Shown one piece after another: positions 39,577 through 49,727 of a stretch of 55,797 bases of DNA. How positions within the stretch are numbered: the first letter of the stretch is position 1; each line of letters opens with the position of its first letter. A program made the position numbers and the translations under genes. The notes beneath the pieces are model-generated. The model had not been told where the DNA came from. It saw nothing but the letters and a program-made list of their open reading frames with translations, and searched no databases. Source of the stretch: a virus. Lineage: Duplodnaviria; Caudoviricetes. The stretch spans positions 1 through 55,797 of IMG/VR virus record IMGVR_UViG_3300018410_000011; one strand, written 5' to 3'.

Positions 39577-40284
39577 ATGAATGAATATAATACATTTGAA
39601 GAAGCTTTTATTGGGCTAAATCAAGAATTAATAGAAAAATATCAATATAATATTGAATCACGTATTGGAACAACATTAGAAATTTGTCCTATTTTATATA
39701 AAATAAATGATGTATCAACATATAAATTTGATAATGAAAAAATAGGACGTTTAGATTATGAATATTGTGATACTTATTATAATTGGATGATTAGTGGAAA
39801 TACAGAAATTAAAGAATTGGCTGAAAAATATCCTAATACTTCTAGATTTTTAGAAAAACCAAAATCAAATCTTTTACCAGAAAATTTCAATACATTTTAT
39901 GGTCCAAGAATTAATTATCAATTAGAAAATATAATTAATGAACTTAAAAATAATAAAAATACTAGAAGAGCTGTTATATCTATATTAGATAAAGAAGATA
40001 CTAATTTATTAGCTTTAGATGAAACATTAGAATTCCCGTGTACAGATTCGGCAACATTTTATATTAGAAATAATAAATTAAATGTTCATGTACATATGAG
40101 ATCACAGAATGTTGGACAAGTAATTAAGTTAGATATGTATTTATGGGGTAGATTTACAACAGAATTAGCAAATAAATTAGGTTATGCGCCTGGTTCATTT
40201 ACGTCTAGTATTGTATCAGCTCATTTATTTACAAGAGATTTAGATTATTTAAAAGAATTAATAAACACATATAATGAGAAATAA
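39577..40284 (+). CDS. thymidylate-synthase-family dCMP-modifying enzyme (gp42-like)
   Basis: YGPR, TRRAVI, FPCT, MRSQNVGQVIKLD (Asp at the dUMP/dCMP specificity site), SAHLF. Confidence 0.75.
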   Translation: MNEYNTFEEAFIGLNQELIEKYQYNIESRIGTTLEICPILYKINDVSTYKFDNEKIGRLDYEYCDTYYNWMISGNTEIKELAEKYPNTSRFLEKPKSNLLPENFNTFYGPRINYQLENIINELKNNKNTRRAVISILDKEDTNLLALDETLEFPCTDSATFYIRNNKLNVHVHMRSQNVGQVIKLDMYLWGRFTTELANKLGYAPGSFTSSIVSAHLFTRDLDYLKELINTYNEK

Positions 40285-41929
40285 ATTAATATTAGATTTT
40301 GATGGTATTTTTGCATCAAATATGTTATATAATGAAACAGGTAAAAGTTATAAAACTTTTACTTGGGGCATTAGACACGCTATAGATATGTTAATTGAAA
40401 ATGGAATTGATGTTTATATAATTAGTGGAGATTCTACAGAAAAAGGACAATCCATTACTAGAAAATTTTGTGAAAATTTAAAAGTTAAAGAAATTACATT
40501 TACTAATTCTAAACATAAATTATCATATTTAAAGCAAAAATATAATTTAGATGAATGTTATTATTGTGGTGATGATATTTATGACGTAGAATTATTTAAA
40601 CATATGTACGGTATTACACATAAAAATACACATCATACAATAAGTAAATATGCTAAATATGTTAGTGAATATACAACATCAGATTATTTTTTTACTGATA
40701 TGTCATTATATATATTAGCTAAAAAATATAATACGGGTATAAATAATATTTCTAATTTAATTGGTAAAGATTGTAATAAAGAATCATTATCTGATTCATT
40801 AATGGATTTACGATATAAAAACATTTTTATATTACAGCAATATAGTATGAGAAACCATACCGATAATAAATATAATCCATTATTAGATGGTAATTTAAAT
40901 TTAACATTTAATAGAATTTATAATTCTGTTAAAAATAATCCAAATTTAAATTATACAATTACTATTCCTACTAATATAAATGAATCACAATATGAAACAT
41001 TGAAAATATTAGTTGATAAGATTTTTGGTGAAAATCGTATATTTTTTAAAGAAATAGAATATGGTATAAATGCACCAGCTAATTATGAGAAATTTTCTGG
41101 AGATTATATTATAGATAATAAATATGATTTGTTTATTACATATTTTGCTAATTATGGTATAAATATTGATAAATTTACAAATAATCAAGAATATAAAATA
41201 ATTTATTGTTTTAATATATCTAAAGTAAAAGATTTATCACGTGAATATATTGATAAATTTTTTAAAATTCAATATGAATCAGTTAAATCTTTTACAAATA
41301 AAGTTTATGTTTTAAATCAAAATCAAAAAGATTATTTTTTAGAATATTCAAAAGAAATTAATGATATATTTATAAAAGAATTACAAATAAAACAAAATGT
41401 TTTAGTTGATAGTCTTTTAATTAATAAAACATTTTTAAATAATCAAATTATTAATTTAATCCCAAATGAAACAAATGAAATTACACATGATTTTTTAAAA
41501 ATTTTAAAAAACAGAAAATCTAATTTCATATTTTTTCCATTTAGGTTATCAGATAAATGTTATGAATTTGAATTTTTATTAGAAAAAATAAGTAAAAGTA
41601 ATTCATATTATACAATATTTATAACGGATCCTAACAATACAATTAATGATTATATTATACCTAATAATGTAAATATATATAATTTACAAAATAAAAAATA
41701 TGATAGTAAAGTTATGTATTTATTATTTTTAATGTATTGTAATGAATATAATGTTAGTATTCCTGTATTTGAAAATCCTTTAATAGTTATGCACCAATCT
41801 ATTTTAGAAATGACGCATTTAACTGATAATGTTAAATTTTTAAATGTAAATAATTTTGATATTAAAACATTATATGATTTTAATGATATAACAGGTATAA
41901 AAGATAAAATAAAAAATTATATTAATTGA
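40274..41929 (+). CDS. KdsC-like HAD phosphatase fused to a putative glycosyltransferase-like domain
   Basis: LILDFDGI, ISG, K, GDDIYD; the C-terminal ~380 aa (FFPFRLSD, ITDPN) is unassigned, possibly GT-B. Confidence 0.6.
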   Translation: MRNKLILDFDGIFASNMLYNETGKSYKTFTWGIRHAIDMLIENGIDVYIISGDSTEKGQSITRKFCENLKVKEITFTNSKHKLSYLKQKYNLDECYYCGDDIYDVELFKHMYGITHKNTHHTISKYAKYVSEYTTSDYFFTDMSLYILAKKYNTGINNISNLIGKDCNKESLSDSLMDLRYKNIFILQQYSMRNHTDNKYNPLLDGNLNLTFNRIYNSVKNNPNLNYTITIPTNINESQYETLKILVDKIFGENRIFFKEIEYGINAPANYEKFSGDYIIDNKYDLFITYFANYGINIDKFTNNQEYKIIYCFNISKVKDLSREYIDKFFKIQYESVKSFTNKVYVLNQNQKDYFLEYSKEINDIFIKELQIKQNVLVDSLLINKTFLNNQIINLIPNETNEITHDFLKILKNRKSNFIFFPFRLSDKCYEFEFLLEKISKSNSYYTIFITDPNNTINDYIIPNNVNIYNLQNKKYDSKVMYLLFLMYCNEYNVSIPVFENPLIVMHQSILEMTHLTDNVKFLNVNNFDIKTLYDFNDITGIKDKIKNYIN

Positions 41930-41930
41930 T

Positions 41931-42551
41931 ATGATAAAAATTAGTAAACATATACAAAATACACAAAATTATTTAAATCAATCATTAACTGATTTATTAA
42001 CAGATAATAATATTAAAACAATAGATAATATAATTGAAGATATTATTAAAACAGTTAATAATAAAGGAAAAGTTATTTTTACTGGTATAGGTAAAAATGT
42101 GTATGCTGCACAAAAATTAGCTGCTTCTTATTCATCTATAGGTATTCCATCATTTTTTTTAGATGCAGTACATGCCGTACATGGTGATATAGGTGTAATG
42201 AATGATAATGATTTATTAATTTGTATGTCTAAATCTGGAAATACTTCTGAATTAATAAATACATTAATTCATATTAATAACAATAAAAAAACTTTTAAGT
42301 TTAAAGTAATAGGTATTGATTGTAATCCAGATAATGAAAATGGTTTTAATAAATATTGTGATTATTCATTATCTATTAAAACAGATAATGAATTAGATAT
42401 TTTAAATATGGTGCCAACTATTTCTTTATTAATGATTCAAATTGTTGGTGATATTATAGGTATAGAAGCAAGTGAACAATTAGGATTTAGTTCAGAAAAA
42501 TTTAGTATTAATCATCCTGGTGGATCTATTGGAAAGGCGTTAAGTAAATAA
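41931..42551 (+). CDS. SIS-domain sugar-phosphate isomerase (KdsD/GutQ arabinose-5-phosphate isomerase-like)
   Basis: TGIGKN, AVHGDIG, SKSGNTSE, PT.S, HPGGSIG. Confidence 0.85.
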   Translation: MIKISKHIQNTQNYLNQSLTDLLTDNNIKTIDNIIEDIIKTVNNKGKVIFTGIGKNVYAAQKLAASYSSIGIPSFFLDAVHAVHGDIGVMNDNDLLICMSKSGNTSELINTLIHINNNKKTFKFKVIGIDCNPDNENGFNKYCDYSLSIKTDNELDILNMVPTISLLMIQIVGDIIGIEASEQLGFSSEKFSINHPGGSIGKALSK

Positions 42552-44122
42552 TGACTAATAAAGGAATTATATTAGCAGGCGGTTTAGGAACACGTTTATA
42601 TAAATATACTAATGGATTATATCCTAAAATATTATTAAATTTAGGAAATTCTATATTTTTAGATAATCTTATAGAATTTTGGTTTAATGTACAAGAGGTA
42701 GAAGAATTAATAATAGTATTAAGTGAAAATGATCATATTTATAAAATACAAGAATATTTAAAAATTTTTTATAACGATAAAAATATAACATTATTAAAAT
42801 ACGATAAAGTAAATGGTACATTTAATACATTATTTTATGTATTAAATATGCGTAATGATTTATTAAAATCTAATTTAATAATATCATGGTCTGATATTAT
42901 TCCAACAGAAAAATTGAATATTCTTGAATATTCAGGTATAAAAATATTTACAGATAAAATATCAAGACATCGTTGTAATATTTGTAATTTAGGAATAATA
43001 ACAAATAAACCAGATTTAACAGGTAATATTCCTGGATTTTATAATATTAATGGATTAAATATTACTGATTGGATCAATTTTAAAAATTCTTATGAAAAAA
43101 TAAAACCAGAAATAGATATTACAGATTATTTGATAACATGTTCAAATATTATTCAAGAAAAAATAGATTTATTAGATATAGGTGATATTGAAAAATACGA
43201 AAACGTATTAAAAACACAAGATATTAAACAAAGATGGTTTAATAATATTATATTTAATACAGATAATGTAATTAAATCATCTAATAGTGATTATGGTTTA
43301 TCAGTAATTAAATCTGAAATTGAATTTTATAAAAAAATTCAAGGTACTGAAGCAGAAAATATATTTCCAAAAATATATGATTTATCAAATAATTCGATAA
43401 ATATGGAAAATTTATGTACTAATGGATATGTTACAGTAAATGAATTTTTAGAATCTAATCCTAATCAAGAAGATAAATTATTAGAAGATTATAAGAAAAA
43501 TATTAAAACATTACATAATATAAACCATACATTAACTAATTTTAATACAGATATTTATAAAGAATATATTCAAGTTCCTATTGAACGTTATTCTAAAATA
43601 AATTATTTTATTCCTAATATCGATATTTTAAATATAAATGATAAAGATATTTATATTAATTATGATTTTTATGAAACTATGGATAAGTTATTAAAATATT
43701 TTTCTAATAAAGAATTTAATATAGCCCTTATACACGGTGATACAAACAGTACTAATACTTTATATAATCAATCAACTAATAAAATAGCCTTAATTGATCC
43801 AAGAGGTAAATTTGGTAATACATTATATTACGGTGATACCAATTATGATTTAGCTAAATTTGTATATGGTATCACTGGTTATGATAAATTTAATTTAGAT
43901 AAGTATTTTAATTTTAATTTTTCTAATAATTTCCTAGACCTTAAAAAAATTAAAATAGATTTACCAGAATTAAATTTATTAGATAACCTAAATATTTCTA
44001 ATGATATAAAAATTTTAGTAGGTTTAATATGGTTAAAATTACCATTTTATATAAAAAATAATCCAAATAAAATAATAGCTTCTTATTATATAGGAATGTA
44101 TCTTATTAATAAATATTTATAA
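42551..44122 (+). CDS. NTP-sugar nucleotidyltransferase plus APH/choline-kinase-like fusion
   Basis: ILAGGLGTRL..PK; IHGD...N.L...LIDPRG...YDLAK. Confidence 0.8.
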   Translation: MTNKGIILAGGLGTRLYKYTNGLYPKILLNLGNSIFLDNLIEFWFNVQEVEELIIVLSENDHIYKIQEYLKIFYNDKNITLLKYDKVNGTFNTLFYVLNMRNDLLKSNLIISWSDIIPTEKLNILEYSGIKIFTDKISRHRCNICNLGIITNKPDLTGNIPGFYNINGLNITDWINFKNSYEKIKPEIDITDYLITCSNIIQEKIDLLDIGDIEKYENVLKTQDIKQRWFNNIIFNTDNVIKSSNSDYGLSVIKSEIEFYKKIQGTEAENIFPKIYDLSNNSINMENLCTNGYVTVNEFLESNPNQEDKLLEDYKKNIKTLHNINHTLTNFNTDIYKEYIQVPIERYSKINYFIPNIDILNINDKDIYINYDFYETMDKLLKYFSNKEFNIALIHGDTNSTNTLYNQSTNKIALIDPRGKFGNTLYYGDTNYDLAKFVYGITGYDKFNLDKYFNFNFSNNFLDLKKIKIDLPELNLLDNLNISNDIKILVGLIWLKLPFYIKNNPNKIIASYYIGMYLINKYL

Positions 44123-44156
44123 AAAAAAGAGACTCTAAAAAGTCTCTTTTTTTTTT
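44121..44156. terminator. bidirectional intrinsic terminator
   Basis: A-tract GAGACT-ctaaaa-AGTCTC T-tract between convergent genes. Confidence 0.8.
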
Positions 44157-44159
44157 ATT

Positions 44160-44759
44160 TTAAAATAAAGAAAATGTATTGTTTTCTTTATTTATATCTT
44201 TTAATAATTTTGTCATAGCTATCATTAATACTTTAGGAGAATGACCATATTCGTTTACTAAATATTCTGGTTTATATTTATCAAATATATTTCTTGTTTG
44301 TCTTTCTATTTTCTCTTTTTTATTTATAGTAACTATAACTTTACCTTGATTTAATAAATTATAATTATCTATGGCTTCTTTAGTTGAAACATTAAAAGAT
44401 TCTGGTAAATACCATACAGGACTATTTATAATAATAGCTTTAAATTTTTGTAAAAAAATATAACTAGATAACATAATTCCACCATTAGAAAAACCAACTA
44501 ATATAGTTTCTTCTGTATTTATATTTATTTTTTTTAATATTTCAAACCCATGTCTATAATAAGGTTCGAAACCAGAACTTCTATTTTTATCCTTTCCATC
44601 TGCTGGAAATATTACGTATACATTACATTCATTTGGTATATGATATGGACAAGCATATAGATTAGTGTTATATCCAGGGAAATATAATACAGTTTGTCCT
44701 TCTCTATTACCAAATCTATATAATTTCAATCCATTAAATAATGTTTTTATAAATATCAT
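44160..44759 (-). CDS. alpha/beta hydrolase
   Basis: VGFSNGG nucleophile elbow; C-terminal GH. Confidence 0.65.
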   Translation of the reverse strand: MIFIKTLFNGLKLYRFGNREGQTVLYFPGYNTNLYACPYHIPNECNVYVIFPADGKDKNRSSGFEPYYRHGFEILKKININTEETILVGFSNGGIMLSSYIFLQKFKAIIINSPVWYLPESFNVSTKEAIDNYNLLNQGKVIVTINKKEKIERQTRNIFDKYKPEYLVNEYGHSPKVLMIAMTKLLKDINKENNTFSLF

Positions 44760-44818
44760 TTTTTTTTTTTAACAATTATATAAATTTAAATTGTTATATT
44801 TGTAAAAAATAAAAAAAA

Positions 44819-45271
44819 ATGACAAGAATAAATGGAAATATTCCACCTAAATTATTAGTAGATTCACATTTATTAGCCGAATATAGAGAAATTATTAGAA
44901 TTCCTAATATGGTTAATTCTACTGATTGTAATATTATATTAAGTCGCTTAAAAAATGCACCGAAACAATTTGTATTAGGTAAAGGACATGTTTTGTTTTT
45001 TTATGATAAAATACTATTTTTACATAAAAGGTTTTTATCTATATTATTAGAATTAAAAGCACGAGGATTTACTACAACTATAGATGACACATTATTTAAA
45101 AATACAAATACATTATTTTATAATGACGTGGATTTAGAATATTCTAATAATATTGTATGTGAAAGGATATGTGAACGTATTTTAAATATGAAAAGTATTA
45201 AAATTAATAAAAAAAATATAGATAAAAATGTCTATATTAATTATTTAAAAACTAAATTAAATGAGAGATAA
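44819..45271 (+). CDS. denV: pyrimidine dimer DNA glycosylase / endonuclease V
   Basis: MTRIN..L.DSHLLAEYREI.RI..F.LGKGHVLFFYDK. Confidence 0.9.
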   Translation: MTRINGNIPPKLLVDSHLLAEYREIIRIPNMVNSTDCNIILSRLKNAPKQFVLGKGHVLFFYDKILFLHKRFLSILLELKARGFTTTIDDTLFKNTNTLFYNDVDLEYSNNIVCERICERILNMKSIKINKKNIDKNVYINYLKTKLNER

Positions 45272-45632
45272 TCATAAAAATTATTTATTAGCACCATTAA
45301 AAATAGGATTTACTAATAATTTTATAGAAAAAGAAAATTCTACAATATTTGAACGTGTATTTAAAACCATAGAAAATGGTAAAGAAGTAAACTTAAGTGT
45401 TAGATATTGTGAATTAATGTTTGGTGATAATAATGAATATACTGTGAATGGTATAGTAACTGATCAATTATGTTTAGACGGTAAACCTGGATCATATTCA
45501 CATATAGATATTAGTAAAACATTAGAAAAGAGTATAGTAATTGTAGCACAAGATCTTAATTTAGATATTTGTCATAAAGTATGTTCTTGGCCATTTGCTA
45601 AAGTAGTCGTTACAAAACAAAGAGACAATTAA
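45261..45632 (+). CDS. hypothetical protein
   Basis: 123-aa ORF. Confidence 0.6.
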   Translation: MRDNHKNYLLAPLKIGFTNNFIEKENSTIFERVFKTIENGKEVNLSVRYCELMFGDNNEYTVNGIVTDQLCLDGKPGSYSHIDISKTLEKSIVIVAQDLNLDICHKVCSWPFAKVVVTKQRDN

Positions 45633-45633
45633 T

Positions 45634-46068
45634 TTAAATTAATTGTCTCACTTTAACACCAGCGTTGATTAAAAAATCAATACTTTCAGTTATTCTATAT
45701 TTTTCTTTATATACAACTTCTTTAATTCCGGCTTGTATAATTAATTTAGCACATTCAAAACAGGGAGATAACGTTACATATAAAATACTATCAGTACTTG
45801 AATTTGTAGATTTAGCTACTTTTGTAATAGCATTACTTTCAGCGTGTAATACTTCTTGTTTTGTTACTAATTTCCCATCTATAAGATTTTCTCCAGTATT
45901 ATCAAATCCTTTAGGAGTGCCATTAAATCCATAACTTATAATATTATCTTCAGCATCTATTAATACCGCTCCTACTTTCGCTCTAGTACAATGTGATAGC
46001 GATGCTACATTGCTAGCTATATTCATATAAACATTGTCAAACTGTTTTTTTCTTTTTTCTTTATACAT
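45634..46068 (-). CDS. dCMP deaminase
   Basis: S.C.RAKVGA, GFNGTP, HAESNAI, SPCFEC. Confidence 0.9.
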   Translation of the reverse strand: MYKEKRKKQFDNVYMNIASNVASLSHCTRAKVGAVLIDAEDNIISYGFNGTPKGFDNTGENLIDGKLVTKQEVLHAESNAITKVAKSTNSSTDSILYVTLSPCFECAKLIIQAGIKEVVYKEKYRITESIDFLINAGVKVRQLI

Positions 46069-46114
46069 AAATATTTAATTAATATTAAGTAATATAAAGA
46101 AAAAAGAAAAAAGT

Positions 46115-47173
46115 TTAATTAGATAATGGTAAATTAATTTTATTGCTTGATTCATAATCAATAATTTCTAAATCATTAAATTTATAATCGAAGATATTTG
46201 TATATCTTCTTCTATGTATTAATAATTTAGGTAATTTATATCTTTGATTATTAAATTGTTCTTTAATAGGATATATATGATTATTATAAATGTGTGTATC
46301 ACCTAAATTAGATATTAATTCATCCGGTACCATATTTACATTTAATGCTAATAATTGTAATAATAACGCATAACTTGCTATATTAAATGGTAAACCTAAT
46401 CCAACGTCAACAGAACGCATATTAAATAATAAAGAAATTGATCTAGTTGGTAAATTTAATACATCACAATCATTATGTGTAAAAATATTTGGTGTATTTT
46501 TTGGTACTAAATTTATTCTTTCTTCTAGTGATAATTTTCTAGTAAATACTTGAAATGAATAATGACATGGTGGTAAAACAGCATTTTTTACATTTGTAGG
46601 ATTCCATGCCGTTACTAACATTCTTCTTGAATCTGGATTATTTAATAAAGTATTAACTAAATCTTGAATTTGATTGATATTATCATTCCAATTTACCCAT
46701 TCAGACCCATATACTTTATTCAATTCACCCCATACTTCATAAAATCCTGGATGATTTTCATCATCTTTTATAGCTTCTATAAATTCTTCTCTTGTATACA
46801 TTCTTGTATTATCTTTATTGGTAGTATCTAAAGATTTAACTAAATTAACAACAGAATATTTTATAGCTTCACTATTATTTTTATTATATTCAGTTACATA
46901 ATTTTTATAACAATCTCCTACCCAAATATATACATTATTATCTACTAAATATTTAATATTTGTATCACCTTTCAAAAACCACAATAATTCATGAAAAATA
47001 CCATTATAAAACATTTTTTTACTTGTCAATAATGGAAAACCATCATTCATATTGTGTCTTAACGTTCTACCAAAAACTTTTCTAGTTCCTGTTCCAGTTC
47101 TATCATCACTTTCATATCCATTAGAAATAACATCTTCTACTAAATCTAAATAATCTTTATCTAATTTATTCAT
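46115..47173 (-). CDS. thyA: thymidylate synthase
   Basis: DRTGTGT, ELLWFLKG, PDSRR, LPPCH, RSVDVGLGLPFN, DTHIY. Confidence 0.95.
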   Translation of the reverse strand: MNKLDKDYLDLVEDVISNGYESDDRTGTGTRKVFGRTLRHNMNDGFPLLTSKKMFYNGIFHELLWFLKGDTNIKYLVDNNVYIWVGDCYKNYVTEYNKNNSEAIKYSVVNLVKSLDTTNKDNTRMYTREEFIEAIKDDENHPGFYEVWGELNKVYGSEWVNWNDNINQIQDLVNTLLNNPDSRRMLVTAWNPTNVKNAVLPPCHYSFQVFTRKLSLEERINLVPKNTPNIFTHNDCDVLNLPTRSISLLFNMRSVDVGLGLPFNIASYALLLQLLALNVNMVPDELISNLGDTHIYNNHIYPIKEQFNNQRYKLPKLLIHRRRYTNIFDYKFNDLEIIDYESSNKINLPLSN

Positions 47174-47234
47174 AGATATTATATGAATAAATAAATAAAT
47201 AGTTTAAATTTATTATTCTGATATTATTAATAAT

Positions 47235-47516
47235 TTAGATGTTTTTTTTGGATGAAATTATATCAAATTTTTTCTTCATTTGATAATCAATAGATTTATG
47301 AATATCATTAGTTAATTGACTATATAATTCAGTATTAGATTTATATGTATTATTTAATATAGGTTCTAAATTAGTTTCTAAATATGCTAAATATTCAGTT
47401 GTTTTTTCTTTAACTACATCTAAATCGTTAACATCATCTAATGTATAAATTAATTCTTGTAATAATAATACGGTTTTTAATAAATTAAAATCTTCTGTTC
47501 TAATTTTATGAGCCAT
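47235..47516 (-). CDS. hypothetical protein
   Basis: 93-aa ORF; TATATTTG upstream (47532..47539, minus strand). Confidence 0.65.
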   Translation of the reverse strand: MAHKIRTEDFNLLKTVLLLQELIYTLDDVNDLDVVKEKTTEYLAYLETNLEPILNNTYKSNTELYSQLTNDIHKSIDYQMKKKFDIISSKKNI

Positions 47517-47655
47517 TTTTATAATTTTTTACAAATATAAAAAAAATAATTTTACTTTAAATATTTTTTATATAAAAAATATAAAAATTTCGCTATAGAA
47601 TAAAAAGACCCATATATTCCAATCCAAATTAATATCATTAAAAATATAGCCATAT

Positions 47656-48009
47656 TTAGTGGTTTTCCATATATTTATTTAATAAATCAGATGATTCATT
47701 TACATTACTATTATAAGTTGGACGATACCAATTATCTATATTTTCTGGGTCAATATTATTTCTATCTAAAAATTTACGAGTTACTAATTTAACTGTTGTA
47801 GAATTTATTTTTTCTTCTGGAAAATTATCTTTTAAATCGTTATAAAAATAAAAATTCTTATCTGAATTTAAATCATCTGTTTCAATATCAGAATAATTCC
47901 ACCCATCCATTATTTGATTAGTAGATTTAAATATAGCAAAATGAGTATAGTTTTTATCTGCCATAACATTTTCATATATTTTTTTAAACAATTTAATATC
48001 CGTTATCAT
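47656..48009 (-). CDS. MITDIKLFK-leader protein
   Basis: MITDIKLFKKIYEN; late motif at 48040..48048. Confidence 0.7.
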   Translation of the reverse strand: MITDIKLFKKIYENVMADKNYTHFAIFKSTNQIMDGWNYSDIETDDLNSDKNFYFYNDLKDNFPEEKINSTTVKLVTRKFLDRNNIDPENIDNWYRPTYNSNVNESSDLLNKYMENH

Positions 48010-48083
48010 ATTTTTTTTATATTTTTTAATTATATATGTTATATATTAAAATAATAATTTATATAATTGTAAAAAATATTGAA

Positions 48084-49727
48084 ATGCGAACATTAGAGGA
48101 AATAGTTGACTTAGAAGGATTAAAAACAAAATCAAAGAATTTAAAACAATTCTTCTATGATAAATTTATCAGAAAAAATATAAATTACTATTTTTTATAT
48201 AATTATCCTGAACTAATATCACTTTTCAAAAATTCTAAAAAAATAAATCTAGATCAAGTAAATTGGTATAAGATTTCATCTAATCAAAAATTAAGTGAAT
48301 CTTTTATTAGAGAATTTAAAGATAAAGTTGAGTGGTCTTGTATTTCTAAGTATCAAAAACTTTCTGAATCTTTCATTATAGAATTTCAAGATAAAGTTAA
48401 TTGGACTTATATTTCAGAATATCAAAAACTTAGTGAAAAATTTATTATAGAACATCAAGATAAAGTTAATCGGTCTTTGATTTCTAAGTATCAAAAACTT
48501 TCAGAAGAATTTATAAGAGATTTTCAAGATATAGTTGAGTGGACTAGTATTTCATCTTATCAAAAACTTTCTGAAGAATTTATAAGAGAATTTCAAAATA
48601 AAGTTACTTGGACTTGTATTTCAGCTTATCAAAAATTAAGTGAAGAATTTATAAGAGAATTTCAAAATAAAATTGATTGGTCTTGGATTTCTAAACATCA
48701 AAAATTAAGTGAAGAATTTATAAGAGAATTTAAAGATTATGTAGATTGGACTAGTATTTCATCTAATCAAAAATTAAGTGAAGAATTTATTAGAGAATTT
48801 AAAGATAAAGTTGATTGGAAGATGATTTCAGAATATCAAAAACTTTCTGAAGAATTTATAAGAGAATTTCAAGATAAAGTTGATTGGAAGATAATTTCAG
48901 ATAGTCAAAAACTGTCTGAATCTTTTATTCGGGAATTTCAAGATAAAGTAAATTGGAACATGATTTCAAAGTTTAAAAAATTATCTGAAGAATTTATTAT
49001 TGAATTTAAAGATAAAATAAATTGGTCTAATATTTCATATAAACAAAATTTAAGTGAAGAATTTATAAGAGAATTTAAAGATAAAGTAAATTGGTCATAT
49101 ATTTTAGAATATCAAAAACTAAGTGAAGATTTCATTAAAGAATTTAAAGATAAAGTAAATTGGTCTATTATTTCATCTTATCAAAAACTTTCAGAATCTT
49201 TTATTAGAGAATTTAAAAATAAAGTTTATTGGTATGGTATTTCATCTAGTCAAAAACTTTCAGAATCTTTCATAAGAGAATTTAAAGATAAAGTTGATTG
49301 GAGTTTTATTTCTAGGTATCAAAAACTTAGTGAAGAATTTATAAAAGAATTCAAAGATAAATTGGATTTAGATGAAATTAGAGATAGTTGGAATTATAAG
49401 GATGAATCTTTTAAAAAGAATCGAATTATAAAATCTGGACTATATGAATGTCATGATGACTATTTTATTGCATATAAAGGTATTAGAAGTGACAGACATA
49501 GTAATTTTAATTTTCAATTTCAATACTTACCTAATGAAACATATACATGTCATGCTGACTATTCTAATAATGAAAGTTCATTTGGTCTTTCAGTTTGGAC
49601 TGAAAAAAAAGCAACTGATTATTGTGATGAATTAGTAGTTAAAGTGAAAGCCTACTATAAAGATGTAGCTAGAATGGTACATAATAACGGTAAAATTCGT
49701 TGTAGCAAAATAACAATTCTAAATTAA
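48084..49727 (+). CDS. Trp-repeat protein with 16 x 23-aa repeats and conserved C-terminal domain
   Basis: Likely start MRTLEEIVDLEG at 48084; paralogue of 2..943. Confidence 0.85.
   Translation: MRTLEEIVDLEGLKTKSKNLKQFFYDKFIRKNINYYFLYNYPELISLFKNSKKINLDQVNWYKISSNQKLSESFIREFKDKVEWSCISKYQKLSESFIIEFQDKVNWTYISEYQKLSEKFIIEHQDKVNRSLISKYQKLSEEFIRDFQDIVEWTSISSYQKLSEEFIREFQNKVTWTCISAYQKLSEEFIREFQNKIDWSWISKHQKLSEEFIREFKDYVDWTSISSNQKLSEEFIREFKDKVDWKMISEYQKLSEEFIREFQDKVDWKIISDSQKLSESFIREFQDKVNWNMISKFKKLSEEFIIEFKDKINWSNISYKQNLSEEFIREFKDKVNWSYILEYQKLSEDFIKEFKDKVNWSIISSYQKLSESFIREFKNKVYWYGISSSQKLSESFIREFKDKVDWSFISRYQKLSEEFIKEFKDKLDLDEIRDSWNYKDESFKKNRIIKSGLYECHDDYFIAYKGIRSDRHSNFNFQFQYLPNETYTCHADYSNNESSFGLSVWTEKKATDYCDELVVKVKAYYKDVARMVHNNGKIRCSKITILN
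48258..49361 (+). repeat. coding tandem array of 16 x 69-bp units
   Basis: Unit encodes VxWxxISxxQKLSExFIREFxDK. Confidence 0.9.

Noticed and set aside
48258-49361. CRISPR-like array of regularly spaced repeats
   Set aside because: The period is 69 bp and in frame, units are degenerate at synonymous sites, and there are no unique spacers; it is a protein repeat.
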